Below, in pieces: positions 51,296 through 61,937 of a stretch of 64,000 nucleotides of DNA. Both the position numbers and the translations under genes were made by a program. The stretch's first letter is position 1; each line of letters opens with the position of its first letter. This DNA is from a bacterium (GTDB lineage: Bacteria; UBA8248): NCBI GenBank assembly GCA_965203325.1, contig OZ241875.1, positions 1,440,001 to 1,504,000 on the forward strand. The letters are read 5' to 3'. The notes under the pieces were generated by a model, which saw only the letters and a program-made list of their open reading frames with translations, was not told the DNA's origin and ran no database searches.

Positions 51296-52402
51296 CTACT
51301 TGAACACCTTGAGCCACTCGCCGCGCACTGCCTTGAAGCTGCGCTGGGCGGCGACCCAGTCCTTGAGACCGATCAGCTTGACCTTGCTGAGGTCCATCAG
51401 GAACGGACGCACGTTCTCGGGCGGCGTGTAGTTCTCCCTAAAGGAGTAGATGGCCTCGTTGCCGACGTAGATGTCGGTGCCTTCCTTGGTCATCAGGAAC
51501 TCGAGCAGGAGCTTGCCCGCGTTGGGGTGCGGCGAGCCCTTGATCACGCCCGCCTGGTTGCCGAGCATGACCTGGCCTTCCTTGAAGTGGCTGGCCTTGA
51601 TGATCTTGGCGAGCGACGGTTTCTTGAGGACGTTCTGGTAGATGCGTCCCGTGAGGTTGAACATGTCGACCGGGCGCTCGCAGTTGATCACCGTCTGGAT
51701 GCGCGGCTCGGTGCGGAACATGACGATGGGCTTGGTGGCCTTCATCCGTTTCCAGAAATCGCTCATGTCCACGCCCGCCTCGGTCAGGCCGATGACGGTG
51801 TTGGTGGTCGTGAAGCTCTTGGTGATGTCGGTCACGATGGTCTTGCCCGTGAGCGAGGGGTGCACCACGTCGAACAGCGAGGTGACCTTGAAGTCCTTCA
51901 TGCCCGGACACGCGCTGTTCCACACGGGCTGGAAGCTGTAGGCGAGCGGCGTCACGATGTAGGGGTAGTTGTGGTACTGGCCGGCCCCCTCCACGACCTT
52001 GACGAGGTCTTTCCAGTTGCCGCTGTCGAGCTTCAGGAACGCGCCGCGCTTCACCGCCGCGTGGAAGAACCCGGGCGCGCTCACCAGGTGGATGTCCACC
52101 GTGAACTTGCCCGCCTTGATCTCCTGGCGCACCTGCGCGACGGTGGAACCCGTTCCCTTGCGCACGTTACGGAACCTGAAGCCGTCCCCCAGGCCGTAGC
52201 GCTTTATGAAGGCGGGGCCCATCACTTTGGAAGTCCGGTCGCTGAACAGCGGGTTGAGGATGACGACGCCGCCCTCTTTTTTCGCCGCCCGGATGAGCTT
52301 CTTCTCCTGCTCGGTGATCATGGCGGCTTGCGTGAGCGAAGCGCCCGCGACGCAGACCGCCGCCAGGATTGCGATGCCAAAGACAAAAAGTTTCTTTCTC
52401 AT
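51296..52402 (-). CDS. ABC substrate-binding protein (Fe3+/family 6-like)
   Basis: Signal peptide, AAKKEG, PHPNAGKLLLEFLM. Confidence 0.82.
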   Translation of the reverse strand: MRKKLFVFGIAILAAVCVAGASLTQAAMITEQEKKLIRAAKKEGGVVILNPLFSDRTSKVMGPAFIKRYGLGDGFRFRNVRKGTGSTVAQVRQEIKAGKFTVDIHLVSAPGFFHAAVKRGAFLKLDSGNWKDLVKVVEGAGQYHNYPYIVTPLAYSFQPVWNSACPGMKDFKVTSLFDVVHPSLTGKTIVTDITKSFTTTNTVIGLTEAGVDMSDFWKRMKATKPIVMFRTEPRIQTVINCERPVDMFNLTGRIYQNVLKKPSLAKIIKASHFKEGQVMLGNQAGVIKGSPHPNAGKLLLEFLMTKEGTDIYVGNEAIYSFRENYTPPENVRPFLMDLSKVKLIGLKDWVAAQRSFKAVRGEWLKVFK

Positions 52403-52441
52403 GTGCTTCCTCCTTCGGGGTGGTTGTTGGTCCATCAATCA

Positions 52442-53883
52442 TCAATCAGTCGGCGTTGGAGAACCGAAATAGCCGCCCCCGCTCAGGACGGCCTCTCTCC
52501 CGCCGTATCGCTCCACCAGGGCCGACTGATCGGCCCTGGCTTTTCTGTCTGCGGCCTCGGGGTCGACGACCCCCCGAAGTGCTGTTTCAAATTCTTCGAT
52601 AAGAGAATTGTAGCCCGGTTCCCGCGCGAGGTCGAACGTCTCTTCAGGGTCGCTTTCGAGGTCGAAAAGCTCGGGCGCGAAGTCCACATAGTGGATGTAC
52701 TTGTACCGCCCGCGCCTCAGCATATACCCGCCCGTGGGCGCACCCGCCGCGTGGTATTCGCTGAAGACGGCGCGCTCGGGATCATCTGCACAGCCCGCGA
52801 GGCCAAACCACGATTCGCCGGGCAGTTCGCGCTTTTCTTCTTCGGTCAACTCCTCCCCCACGGCGGCCAGGATGGTGGGATAGGCGTCGGCGAGAGATAC
52901 CGCCGTCCGGCATACCTTCCCCGGGGGACGTCCGGCCCCGCCAGCACGAGCGGCACAGCGGCCGATTCCTCATAGAGCGTGCTCTTGCCCCAGATGCCGC
53001 GCTTGCCCAGGCTCTCGCCGTGGTCGCTCGCGTAGACCACGCGGGTTTTATCGTCCAAGCCAGCCGCCTCGATAGCGCCCAGCACCGCGCCTACGTTCGC
53101 GTCCATGAACGAGCACATCCCGAAATAGGACGCGACCGCCACGCGGCGTTTCTCCTCGTCCATGTAATCGTCATACGGCCAGGCCTTTCGTATCGCGCGC
53201 ACCCAGGGGTGGTGCGTCGGGTCGTCGGCGGATTTGAGCGGAGACAGCGGCATTTCCTCCGCCGGGTACATCGCATAGAACTCGGGCGGCGCCACGAGCG
53301 GGTAGTGCGGCGCGAGGAAGGAGACGAAGAGCACCCAAGGCCGCTCGCCATCCCGCCCGCCCGCCTCTTCTATCCACTCACACGCCCGCTCGGCGATCTG
53401 CCTGTCGTAGCGCAGGACGCTCGAATCGCCCGGTCCCAACTGCTGGGCGAGTCCCTTGGTGGCGGTCTTGGGCGGCATCTCGGCGCGGAGCGCACCCGCG
53501 AGGTCGCCGCGTCCGTCCTTGACGTGCATGGGGAGGATTTGATCGTCCAGACCGGTGGGGTCTGTCGTGTTGCGGTAATGGAGCTTCCCGATCGAGACCA
53601 CCCGGTGGCCGGTGGCCTGCAGGCGGTGCCCCCAGCCGGGGACCCGGCCGTCGTAGGGGTGGGCATTGTCCCAGTAGCCGGTCTCGTGCGCGTAGCGGCC
53701 CGTGGCGAAACTCGCCCGCGCGGGCACGCAGATGGGGCAGTTCGTATAGGCGGCCGTGAAGCGCGTGCCCGACGCCGCGAGGGCGTCGATGTGGGGCGTC
53801 TTCACGATCTCGTGTCCGCAGCAGCCGAGGGTCCGCGCGTTGTGCTCGTCGGACATGATGAAGACGAAATGAAGCGGTTCCAT
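52442..53883 (-). pseudogene. Sulfatase (choline sulfatase-like) with one frameshift
   Basis: SDEH, CVPAR, GKLH, SDHGE. The frame changes in the G/C runs near 52920 (…DVPRG|KVCRTAVSLADAYPT) and continues to ELFDLESDPEE. Confidence 0.8.
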
Positions 53884-54203
53884 TCATGAGTCCCGAAAAT
53901 GACGCCAATGTCATGATGAATGCGCCGTTGCATGTTACCACAGAGCGGGGATTTTCAACCTGGGACGGCACAGGCTACAGGGGCAACCCCGCTGATAGGC
54001 GGCTCCGAAGAAAACAACCAGCGGAATTGCTCCAGCTGTTCCGCGCGAATCAACCAAGAGGGATGCTTCCAAGTGAAGACGCCTGACGGCCCGCCCCCCG
54101 TTCCCCGATTCCCCACTTGCTCTATAATCTTACTGAAGACCCAAGAAGCGGGAGACCCATTGCTGCACGAGTAGACCACACGAGGAACACGAGGAGACCC
54201 GAG

Positions 54204-54641
54204 ATGCGCTTAAAGACCCGACTCATCCTATGCGGAATCATCACCCTCATTCTTGCGCTCGCGACGACTGCGTCGGCGTTCGAGCAGCGCATTCCGGCGC
54301 GGGTGACGAGAGTCATCGACGGCGACACCTTCAAGGTTGAGGCCAGGGTGTGGCCGGGCATCACCGCGCAGAGCAACGTGCGCGTGCGGGGCGTCGACAC
54401 GCCCGAGATCAGGCGCGCGAAGTGCGGCGAATACGAGCGACGGAGGGGCCTGGCTGCGCGCGATTTCGTGCGGGGCGTCATCGGCGAGCGCGTCTGGCTC
54501 GTCAACGTGACGCACGGCAAGTTCGGCCGCCGCGTCATCGCCGGCGTTTTGCTGGCGGACGGTCGCGACCTCGCCACGCTGCTCCTCGCCACCGGCCACG
54601 CCCTGCCCTACCGGGGCGGACGCCGCCCGAGGTGGTGTTGA
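54204..54641 (+). CDS. Secreted thermonuclease (SNase-like)
   Basis: Signal peptide, VIDGDTF, VRVRGVDTPE. Confidence 0.85.
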   Translation: MRLKTRLILCGIITLILALATTASAFEQRIPARVTRVIDGDTFKVEARVWPGITAQSNVRVRGVDTPEIRRAKCGEYERRRGLAARDFVRGVIGERVWLVNVTHGKFGRRVIAGVLLADGRDLATLLLATGHALPYRGGRRPRWC

Positions 54642-54649
54642 GGGATCAA

Positions 54650-54697
54650 ACGCGAGTGGAGAACGAGTGTTTGACGCGAGTGGAGAACGAGCGTTTG
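54650..54697 (+). repeat. 24-bp tandem duplication
   Basis: ACGCGAGTGGAGAACGAG(T/C)GTTTG twice. Confidence 0.85.
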
Positions 54698-54797
54698 CAG
54701 GTTTTCCGACTGATGAAGAAGTGGTTCCGCAGAGGTGTAATATTTCCTCGAAGAGAGGGAATTAGAGAGAGCCTCCCTTCGTCAATGCAAGCGCAAC

Positions 54798-56525
54798 TCA
54801 ACACTCAGGCTTGGCGCTCTCCGCAACGCGGACAATCGCATCCAGCTTTTCTGTGATCTCAGGATCGATTTCCTCTTCAGGAACATAGGAAGCGAGTTCG
54901 TAAAACTGCTTCTTGGCCATGAGATTGGGTAATTCGAGTTTGTCGAAATACGACTTGAACAACGGGGTGAGAAATTCATCGCTTGCCTTGATGTCGGCTC
55001 CCCAAGGCGACCCCTTGTCGAGTCTCTCCAAGGCCCCTTCTATCTCGGCAATCGCTTCTTGCATCGCCCCTAGCCGTCTATCGACTTGCGGTGTGAAAAG
55101 GGTCTCTTCTTCTAAGTCCACTGAGCCTCGCGCATAGGCTTCCAAGGTCGCCTGGGTGCAGAAATAGTTTTCAATCTCAGACTTTTTCCACATCAGACAC
55201 CTAAGAGTCCCGCTTTCCGGCATACCGGCCTGGAGTCGGTCGAAGAGCGCCAGGCCCTTTAGCTCCGGACACGCTTCTCTCAGGCCGTGATAGTGATGCG
55301 CCGCCTGTAGCGGCTGATTGCCAACATAATGTACGAAGGGCCGTTCCAACGCCTTCATCGCCCTTTCATGGCCGAGGCGACTTGCGAAAGCCCGCAATAC
55401 CGCCAAATCCGTAGAGCCTTCAAGATAGAGCACCCAACCGGTCTGTTGGGCTTGATAATACTGATCGAATCCGATCTCGCGGAGCGCCTTTTGGACCTGG
55501 CTTCCCTTGTCGTCGATTCGGTGGGGCGAACCGACGAAAGCGATAACCATATCCTTGCCTGCGGCTTCGTTCAAAAGAACTTCCGAGTGACTTGCCGCGA
55601 TGATCTGGTTGCCGCGTTCTTCCGCTACATCTGTGATCAACTTGTAGATTTGCCGTTGCCTGAGGATTTCCAGATGCGCGTCGGGTTCATCCAAAAGGAC
55701 AATCGCACCGGGATTCGCGTACATATAAGCCAATAGCAACAGAGTTTGCTGCAACCCCCGTCCGCTGGAGGAGAGATCAAGCAGGGTTTCATTCTCTCGA
55801 TAATCCATCACTATCTCACCCCGCTCCGCTACATAGCGGGGGTCGTTTAGCTTAGACCCGAAGAGGTCGTCGATCTGTATTACCAATTCTTTCCATCGCT
55901 CAGGATCATCGTTTTTCACCTTGAAGCAAAGATTACGCAAAACCTCTGCCGTGCGCCCTTCACCCACCCGCACGTTCACCGCCCCTACGTCGAGCCGCGT
56001 CTCCGTCGCCGCTAGACCGGACATTGGGGGAAGGAAAGCAATTTGTGTTGAACCGGCCTCCTTGGGAATCGGCATACGATCAGGCGATTTACCTTCCCCG
56101 AGGCGCAGAGGCCGGCAATAGAACGACTCGGGGTTCGCGTAGTCGAATTCGAGGCCGCAAGTCCACGCCTCGTCTTGAGTGATTCCCTCGACGATGAGGT
56201 CAATCCGTATGTTATCTGTCCGCTGACTCCCTTCGATTTTCTGCACAACCCTTGTATGGAGTTCTCGCCACAAGAGAGCCGCGTTTGGAACGGGAATGGC
56301 CAGGAGATCTCTGCGGTTGATGGTGACGCCCGGACGATTCTCCGGCGTAGTTTTCCCCGAGCGTTTCTCGTTCCAGCGCTTCAGGCCGATATCCCAAAGG
56401 GCCAAAGCCTGCATGGCGGAGGTCTTACCCGAATTGTTCGGGCCGATGAATACCACGGGGTTCCCCAACTCGACCTCAACCTCGTCAAAGCGTTTGAAGT
56501 TGCGGGCTGTGAGTTTGGTGAGCAT
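54798..56525 (-). CDS. ABC/AAA ATPase with C-terminal TOPRIM-like region (OLD-like)
   Basis: RNFKRF, GPNNSGKT, LLDEPDAHL, ASHS, LYLEGSTD, LFDR. Confidence 0.75.
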   Translation of the reverse strand: MLTKLTARNFKRFDEVEVELGNPVVFIGPNNSGKTSAMQALALWDIGLKRWNEKRSGKTTPENRPGVTINRRDLLAIPVPNAALLWRELHTRVVQKIEGSQRTDNIRIDLIVEGITQDEAWTCGLEFDYANPESFYCRPLRLGEGKSPDRMPIPKEAGSTQIAFLPPMSGLAATETRLDVGAVNVRVGEGRTAEVLRNLCFKVKNDDPERWKELVIQIDDLFGSKLNDPRYVAERGEIVMDYRENETLLDLSSSGRGLQQTLLLLAYMYANPGAIVLLDEPDAHLEILRQRQIYKLITDVAEERGNQIIAASHSEVLLNEAAGKDMVIAFVGSPHRIDDKGSQVQKALREIGFDQYYQAQQTGWVLYLEGSTDLAVLRAFASRLGHERAMKALERPFVHYVGNQPLQAAHHYHGLREACPELKGLALFDRLQAGMPESGTLRCLMWKKSEIENYFCTQATLEAYARGSVDLEEETLFTPQVDRRLGAMQEAIAEIEGALERLDKGSPWGADIKASDEFLTPLFKSYFDKLELPNLMAKKQFYELASYVPEEEIDPEITEKLDAIVRVAESAKPEC

Positions 56526-56671
56526 GGGAGAACTCCTCCGCAATTCGTTCTACGAACTGCGTGCGCTTGAACTTATCTACAACATATCACGATGGGCGGT
56601 GAGAACAGGAATACTACAACATTAAACCGGATTTTATCGGCTGAGACTAGCCCGGAAGGACGGTTGCAACC

Positions 56672-56893
56672 TCACCCCAAAACCTCTTTACACGCCGCCT
56701 CGATGTGCGCTTGTCCGATCTGTAAGGCGTCGTAGACTTCGTGCGGGAGGCCGCTCCGGCCGAACTGGTCGGCGCCCGGCGCGCCGCCGAGGAAAGAGAG
56801 CGCGAGCGAATGCCCATCCAGCACGGAGACGACCGGGTTGTCGCGGTGCGCATCACCCACCATCATCTCGAGGCGCGAGGGGCGCCCCGTTTG
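56672..56893 (-). repeat. Displaced copy (~220 bp) of the 3' end of the AceE-like gene
   Basis: PSRLEMMVGDAHRDNPVVSVLDGHSLALSFLGGAPGADQFG...EAACKEVLG* matches ~62339-62580 apart from a 21-bp internal deletion. Confidence 0.93.
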
Positions 56894-56975
56894 GCTTCCA
56901 GGACCGTATTCACCGCGCGCTCCGCCTCGGCCTTAGGCAGCGAGCCCTGCTCCGTGGCGGGGGCCGCGATATCCT
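56894..56975 (-). pseudogene. Possible HU-like gene N-terminal remnant
   Basis: One frame reads DIAAPATEQGSLPKAEAERAVNTVLEA, resembling HU helices 1-2, and is cut at the repeat junction. Confidence 0.45.
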
Positions 56976-57228
56976 GTGCAAGCAACGGCTTTGGGCATGG
57001 GCTTCCATGGTTCGACTCTACGATATGCAGCCCGGATTCGAGCGTAATCAGGAGCTCTGTCAGCCGCAGGAGTCAAGCATTGCCGCATCGCACGTTCCTG
57101 GTGGTGCGGATGCGTTCCTGTGAACATACCGGGCTGTTGCGACAAAGCGCAGAATGCAGATAACATTTAGGATCATCCACTCCGGCCTTGGCCGGTTGGT
57201 TTGCGTTTACCGGGAAAGGGGAATTTCG

Positions 57229-59703
57229 ATGAAGATCGCTTTGGCGGCAGCCGCCGCTTATGCAGCGCTGGCGGTGATGATAGCCCATGCCGGACCACTC
57301 GCGCCGGCGCCACAGGTCATCGCCGAATACGACCGCAAGTTCATCGAGCGCTCGGGCGCCCAGACGATCGAGGAGCTGTTGGACACCGGCATCATCCGCT
57401 ACTTTTTCACCGGGGGACGGGATCTGCTCGTCCTGGTGAACGGCAGACCCTATGCCACCACCGGCCATAACCTGGATTCCCTGCCGCTCTCGGCCGTGGA
57501 GCGCATCGAGGTTCTGAGAGGCGAGAGTCTGAGCACGCTGGGCGGCCACGCCGCCATAAACGGCGCGTTCAATATCGTGCTCAGAAAGGACCTGGACGGC
57601 TTCGAGGCGCGGACGGTTACGCGGATGCCGAGCAAGGACGGTGGTGACGGCTGGCAGGGCAGCCTCTTCTGGGGCGGCGCGGTCGGCAAGGGAGGACGCA
57701 TGACCATCGGCGTGGACGTGCTGGACCGCCAGGAAATCCTCGGAAAGGACCGGGAACACAGCCGCTCCGAGTGGGTCGAGGGTGGCAGCTTCAGCGAAGC
57801 CAAGAATATCAGCGTCGGTGGCAACACCGTCTATGTCTCCCGGATAGACGACCAGGGAGCATTCGCCGGCTTGAGGTCGCTGCCACTGGGGGACTGCGAC
57901 CCGTCGCTAGGCTATGTCGGCCCGCTCAGCAATCCGCCCGGTATCCGCACGGGCGACGAGGGCTGTGGTTACGCCTATGGAAACATCTGGTGGGACACGC
58001 CCAGCTATGAGCAGAAGAGTGCCGTCCTGAACCTGGAGCATCCCCTCGGAGAGGACGCCGAATTCCATCTGGACGCGAACATCAGGCAGGGCCGCGGGGC
58101 GTTCCGCTACGCGCCGTCGATCGACGTGTTTTCCTTTACGCCGAACGAGACGTTGCTGGATGAGCTCAGGAGAGCAGCTGACCCCGACTTCCAGTTGGGA
58201 GAAAACGACGAGTTCGTCGTGGGGCACCGCTTCATCGGCCACGGCAACCGTGACTGGGTGACGGACACCGAGGAATACGACATTTCCGCAAGCGTTGAGG
58301 GTCGTCTGGCTGAAGGTCTCGGCTATGATGTGCGCGTCAGCGCCTCCCGGCTGGACTATTCCGTGTCCGGCGACACCTTCGTGCATGCCGGCAGGATCAG
58401 GGAAGAGATCACGAGTGGGAATTACAACCTCGTGAACCCGTTGGACCCGCGTAATTCCGCAGCGATCGAGAACAGCAGCTTGCAGGAGGAGGAGAATGCC
58501 AGTTCGGAGTATCTTGGCGCCCGGCTGGCGCTGGAGGGCACGGGCTTCGCTATCGGCGGGCGCCAGACGGCATGGACCGCGGGGGTCGAACTGGGGAGCG
58601 CGGACGCGCACCGTCTCCTGGTCTTTCGGGACAAGGACGGCCATACCCATAAAGTGACCGAGGTGCTCGGTTCCGGCGGAACCAGCTATGCCGGCAAGCG
58701 CGACATCGCCGCGGCCGTCGCGGAGATGTCCCTGCCGCTGACCGAGGATCTGGAAATCAGGGTCGGTGGACGCGGCGATGAATACGACGATATCGGCGGA
58801 TTGGAATCGTGGCGTTTCGGAGCCGAATACCGGCTGACCGGCATCGTCACGCTGCGCGGCTCGTGGAGCGCAGGCGAGACGGCGCCCTCGATGCGGCATA
58901 TCTACAGCGACGCGTCGCAGGACCACCCTTATGTCGTTTGCGACCCCGGGAGCGGACCGCCGCCCCGCACATGCGATAGTCCGAACTACCGGCAGGTGAC
59001 GCGCGAGACGAGCGGCAACCCGGGTCTCGACCCTTCAGGCTCCGAGATGCTCTCTTTCGGCGCCGAGGCCCGCAAAGGGCCGTTCTATCTCGTCGCGGAC
59101 TGGTACCGGCTCGCAACATCCGACCAGTCGGGGCAGAACAGAGCCACCTGGGCCATGTTGAACCTGCAAGAATGCCAGGGCGGTAACCGGAAGGACTGCA
59201 TCGAGCGCATCGGCGGCGACATCACCATACACGACAGCTTTGCGAACATTGTCGATACGGAGATTTCGGGCGTGAATTTCCGTTACGGCGCGCGCATGAG
59301 AATGGATTGGGGCGTTATCGGAATGCGCGGGTTCTGGCGGCACGTCATCAGCACCAAACAGCAAATCGCGGGCGAAAAGCGGCGGTTTCCCCTCCCCCGG
59401 GATGCCGTGCGCGTCGTCGTCTCGGCCGGGCGCGGCAATCTCACCGCTTTCTGGTCCACGAACTACCGCTCCGAAATCGAGAATCAGTCGGACGAAGGGA
59501 GGTTCAAGTCCTGGACCGGCCACGATGTAACACTCGACTGGAAGCGGCCGCTGGGGCTGGAAAACGTTCGGGTGACCGCGGGCGTGTACAACGTCACCGA
59601 TTCCAAGCTCTCGACGAATACAGCCAACCCCTCCGTTACGGACGGACCCAGAGCGGCCGGTTGGGGCCGCACCTTTTTCCTCACCCTCAACATGCGGTTC
59701 TGA
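57229..59703 (+). CDS. TonB-dependent receptor
   Basis: Signal peptide, LVLVNGR, AVERIEVLR plug motifs, C-terminal GRTFFLTLNMRF. Confidence 0.88.
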   Translation: MKIALAAAAAYAALAVMIAHAGPLAPAPQVIAEYDRKFIERSGAQTIEELLDTGIIRYFFTGGRDLLVLVNGRPYATTGHNLDSLPLSAVERIEVLRGESLSTLGGHAAINGAFNIVLRKDLDGFEARTVTRMPSKDGGDGWQGSLFWGGAVGKGGRMTIGVDVLDRQEILGKDREHSRSEWVEGGSFSEAKNISVGGNTVYVSRIDDQGAFAGLRSLPLGDCDPSLGYVGPLSNPPGIRTGDEGCGYAYGNIWWDTPSYEQKSAVLNLEHPLGEDAEFHLDANIRQGRGAFRYAPSIDVFSFTPNETLLDELRRAADPDFQLGENDEFVVGHRFIGHGNRDWVTDTEEYDISASVEGRLAEGLGYDVRVSASRLDYSVSGDTFVHAGRIREEITSGNYNLVNPLDPRNSAAIENSSLQEEENASSEYLGARLALEGTGFAIGGRQTAWTAGVELGSADAHRLLVFRDKDGHTHKVTEVLGSGGTSYAGKRDIAAAVAEMSLPLTEDLEIRVGGRGDEYDDIGGLESWRFGAEYRLTGIVTLRGSWSAGETAPSMRHIYSDASQDHPYVVCDPGSGPPPRTCDSPNYRQVTRETSGNPGLDPSGSEMLSFGAEARKGPFYLVADWYRLATSDQSGQNRATWAMLNLQECQGGNRKDCIERIGGDITIHDSFANIVDTEISGVNFRYGARMRMDWGVIGMRGFWRHVISTKQQIAGEKRRFPLPRDAVRVVVSAGRGNLTAFWSTNYRSEIENQSDEGRFKSWTGHDVTLDWKRPLGLENVRVTAGVYNVTDSKLSTNTANPSVTDGPRAAGWGRTFFLTLNMRF

Positions 59704-59849
59704 GGATCCGTTCGAGAATGTTCAGGGACAGAGGATGGAGCGGAATCCGGTCGATGATGAATGCGGTTTTCCTATAACTCCATCCCCCGATCCGATCGGG
59801 TCTTCTCCATCGCCGGCTGCCGCCCTTCGCCCGGATGCAGCGTTCCCTT

Positions 59850-59980
59850 CTGCTTTTCCGTCACGAGTTCCGCCCGGTCCCGGGCGCGGCTGATCTCGAC
59901 GTATAACGTCTTCTGGGTGGTGAACCCGGGGTGGTTCGCCTTCATCGCGGCGATGACGGTATCGAGCGTGCGGCCCATCA
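59850..59980 (-). pseudogene. Fragment of a TraI/TrwC (MobF) relaxase-helicase C-terminus
   Basis: GRTLDTVIAAMKANHPGFTTQKTLYVEISRARDRAELVT, matching helicase motifs V/VI. Confidence 0.7.
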
Positions 59981-60081
59981 TCTTCCACAAGCTGGGTCGC
60001 GACTCCGCCGCCGCCGGGCGCCACCCTGTACCCGGGTGGCGGGGACGGCGATACAGGCGTGGGGAACAGTCGCTCACGCCG

Positions 60082-61251
60082 CTACTCCAACGCGCAGCCT
60101 TTGCGCTCCCGGCGCAGGCAGCCGAGGTTGCGGTGGAACACCGCCGCCTGCGCCCGCGCGAAGCCGGCCGGGCCGGAGCCGTTCTCCCGGCTGTCTTGGT
60201 ACCGCGCCCAGTCGCCCTCGTTCCCCTCGCGCCAGTAGCCGCCCAGGATCTGCGCGGGCAGGGGCTTGAGCTCGGGCAGGGTGTTGTAGCGGGCCCCGGG
60301 CGGGCCGTCGCGGCCGGGCAACAGGCGGCGCTCGCCGAGGTAGCCGTGGAACGAGTAGAAGGCGTCGGAGCCGGGGAGGAAGGCGAGCTCGTAGTCGACG
60401 GTGCGGTCCGGTTCGGTGATGTCGTCCGCCGACATCATCGGCCGCGTGCCGAAACCCATCATGAAGGCCCTGGCGTCATGGTCCAGAAACCGCACCGCCC
60501 GGCGCGCCTTTCGCCCTGGAACGTGGGGGTACAGCTCGTTCGAGCGGATGGCCACGTCGACCTCGAAGCGTCCGTCGGGCCCGGGCGCCACCGACTCGCC
60601 GACCAGGTAGGTGCGCAGGTAGTTGTGCTGCTGCAGGGTCAGGGCGACGGGGCGCCCATCCGCGGCCAGGACCACGAACGCGGCGGTGTAGTGGTCGAGC
60701 TGGTGCCAGTCGTCGAGGTCCGCCACCAGCCGGAGCGGTATGGCCGCGACCGGGGATAGTCCCGCCGGCAGGCCGCTCACCCGGAACACCAGGTGGTAGG
60801 TGAGGACGGTGAATTCCCCGGCCGACCGGTCCGCCTCCTTCGGCGCCCACAGGCCGGTGCGCTCCACCGCGGCGTAGACGAGGGGCCGGGGCTCGGCCCC
60901 GCCCGGCACGTGCGTGAACTCGGCGCGGGCGTCGTCGCGGTAGCGGTTCAGGTCACCGGCGGTGGGGCCGTCGATGCGAACGCCGTCGCCCGTTACCAGG
61001 TAGCCGTGGGCGATGTAGTCGCGGTAGAAGTCGATGGGACCTTCGTGGCCGGCGGGCAGGTGGAAGCGCGGCGCGTGGCGGCGGGCCAGGGCCCGGTCGG
61101 CCGGACCGGCGGCGTCGGCCGGAGGGTTGGCCGCGAAATACTCGGCGAACCCGGGGCGCTGCGAGAAGTTGCCGTCGGCGGCGGCGGGGCCGGCCCACGC
61201 GCAGATCAGCACAAGCCCCGCGAGACAGCCGATCATGTATACGTAACGCAT
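60082..61251 (-). CDS. Secreted hypothetical protein
   Basis: Signal peptide ending AGPAAA, strongly GC3-biased ORF, DWHQLDHY and LQQHNY motifs. No family recognised. Confidence 0.7.
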   Translation of the reverse strand: MRYVYMIGCLAGLVLICAWAGPAAADGNFSQRPGFAEYFAANPPADAAGPADRALARRHAPRFHLPAGHEGPIDFYRDYIAHGYLVTGDGVRIDGPTAGDLNRYRDDARAEFTHVPGGAEPRPLVYAAVERTGLWAPKEADRSAGEFTVLTYHLVFRVSGLPAGLSPVAAIPLRLVADLDDWHQLDHYTAAFVVLAADGRPVALTLQQHNYLRTYLVGESVAPGPDGRFEVDVAIRSNELYPHVPGRKARRAVRFLDHDARAFMMGFGTRPMMSADDITEPDRTVDYELAFLPGSDAFYSFHGYLGERRLLPGRDGPPGARYNTLPELKPLPAQILGGYWREGNEGDWARYQDSRENGSGPAGFARAQAAVFHRNLGCLRRERKGCALE

Positions 61252-61299
61252 CACATCACCGCGGAATGCCTGTGAACCCAGGTTTTCGGCCTTGTTGTG

Positions 61300-61398
61300 C
61301 GCGTTTCCAATTCCCCCTACCCCAAAACCTCCCGGCACGCCGCCTCGATGTGCGCTTGTCCGATTTGCAAGGCGTCGTAGACCTCGTGCGGGAGGCCG
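61300..61398 (-). repeat. Second displaced copy of the AceE-like 3' end (82 coding bp plus ~18 bp downstream)
   Basis: GLPHEVYDALQIGQAHIEAACREVLG*; nucleotide match to ~62321-62420. Confidence 0.93.
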
Positions 61399-61442
61399 TA
61401 AATAGATTGTCGAATTGCATCAACCGAAAATGCGGATACGGG

Positions 61443-61937
61443 TTATTCCGAACAGCTTTCAGGAGGACGCTCTTCAGGAGGCAGGAAGTCGATTCGCTCT
61501 TTCGAGGGGCAGCGAAATGTGAACGTCGTGCGTCCCTCATAGTTGCTGACCGCGAAGTCTCCTGCGCCGATGATATCCATACCAATCAGAACATCCGCAC
61601 CGCCGCTCAATCGTTCGGTTCCTATGACTCGCAGATTGCCGAATTCCACGTCGTTCAACAGCCGGATATTGATCAGATACGCCTCAACTGACCGGGCGTC
61701 GTAAACGCCTCGCACCCGGCTCATTCCTATGGCTTTGAGATTGCAATCCTCCACCACTCGCCGGGTAATCACGGTGCGCGTCGCACCCGTATCCCAAATT
61801 GACTTGTATTCCTGAAAAGTGGGCGCAGGGGAGCCTTCCGCAGGCGTATAGGCTGCGGCGATATGGACCTCGTTGATGAGGACATTCTTCCGCTCGTCGA
61901 AATATGTCGTAAAGGCGAAACTGGATGGTCCTGACAT
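61443..61937 (-). CDS. Retropepsin-like aspartic protease
   Basis: WDTGAT and LIGMDII motifs. Confidence 0.85.
   Translation of the reverse strand: MSGPSSFAFTTYFDERKNVLINEVHIAAAYTPAEGSPAPTFQEYKSIWDTGATRTVITRRVVEDCNLKAIGMSRVRGVYDARSVEAYLINIRLLNDVEFGNLRVIGTERLSGGADVLIGMDIIGAGDFAVSNYEGRTTFTFRCPSKERIDFLPPEERPPESCSE

Noticed and set aside
51527..52975. 482-aa plus-strand ORF
   Set aside because: Antisense to the binding-protein and sulfatase genes; a GC3-bias artefact.
54650..54697. Possible CRISPR repeats
   Set aside because: Two abutting units with no spacer and no cas genes.
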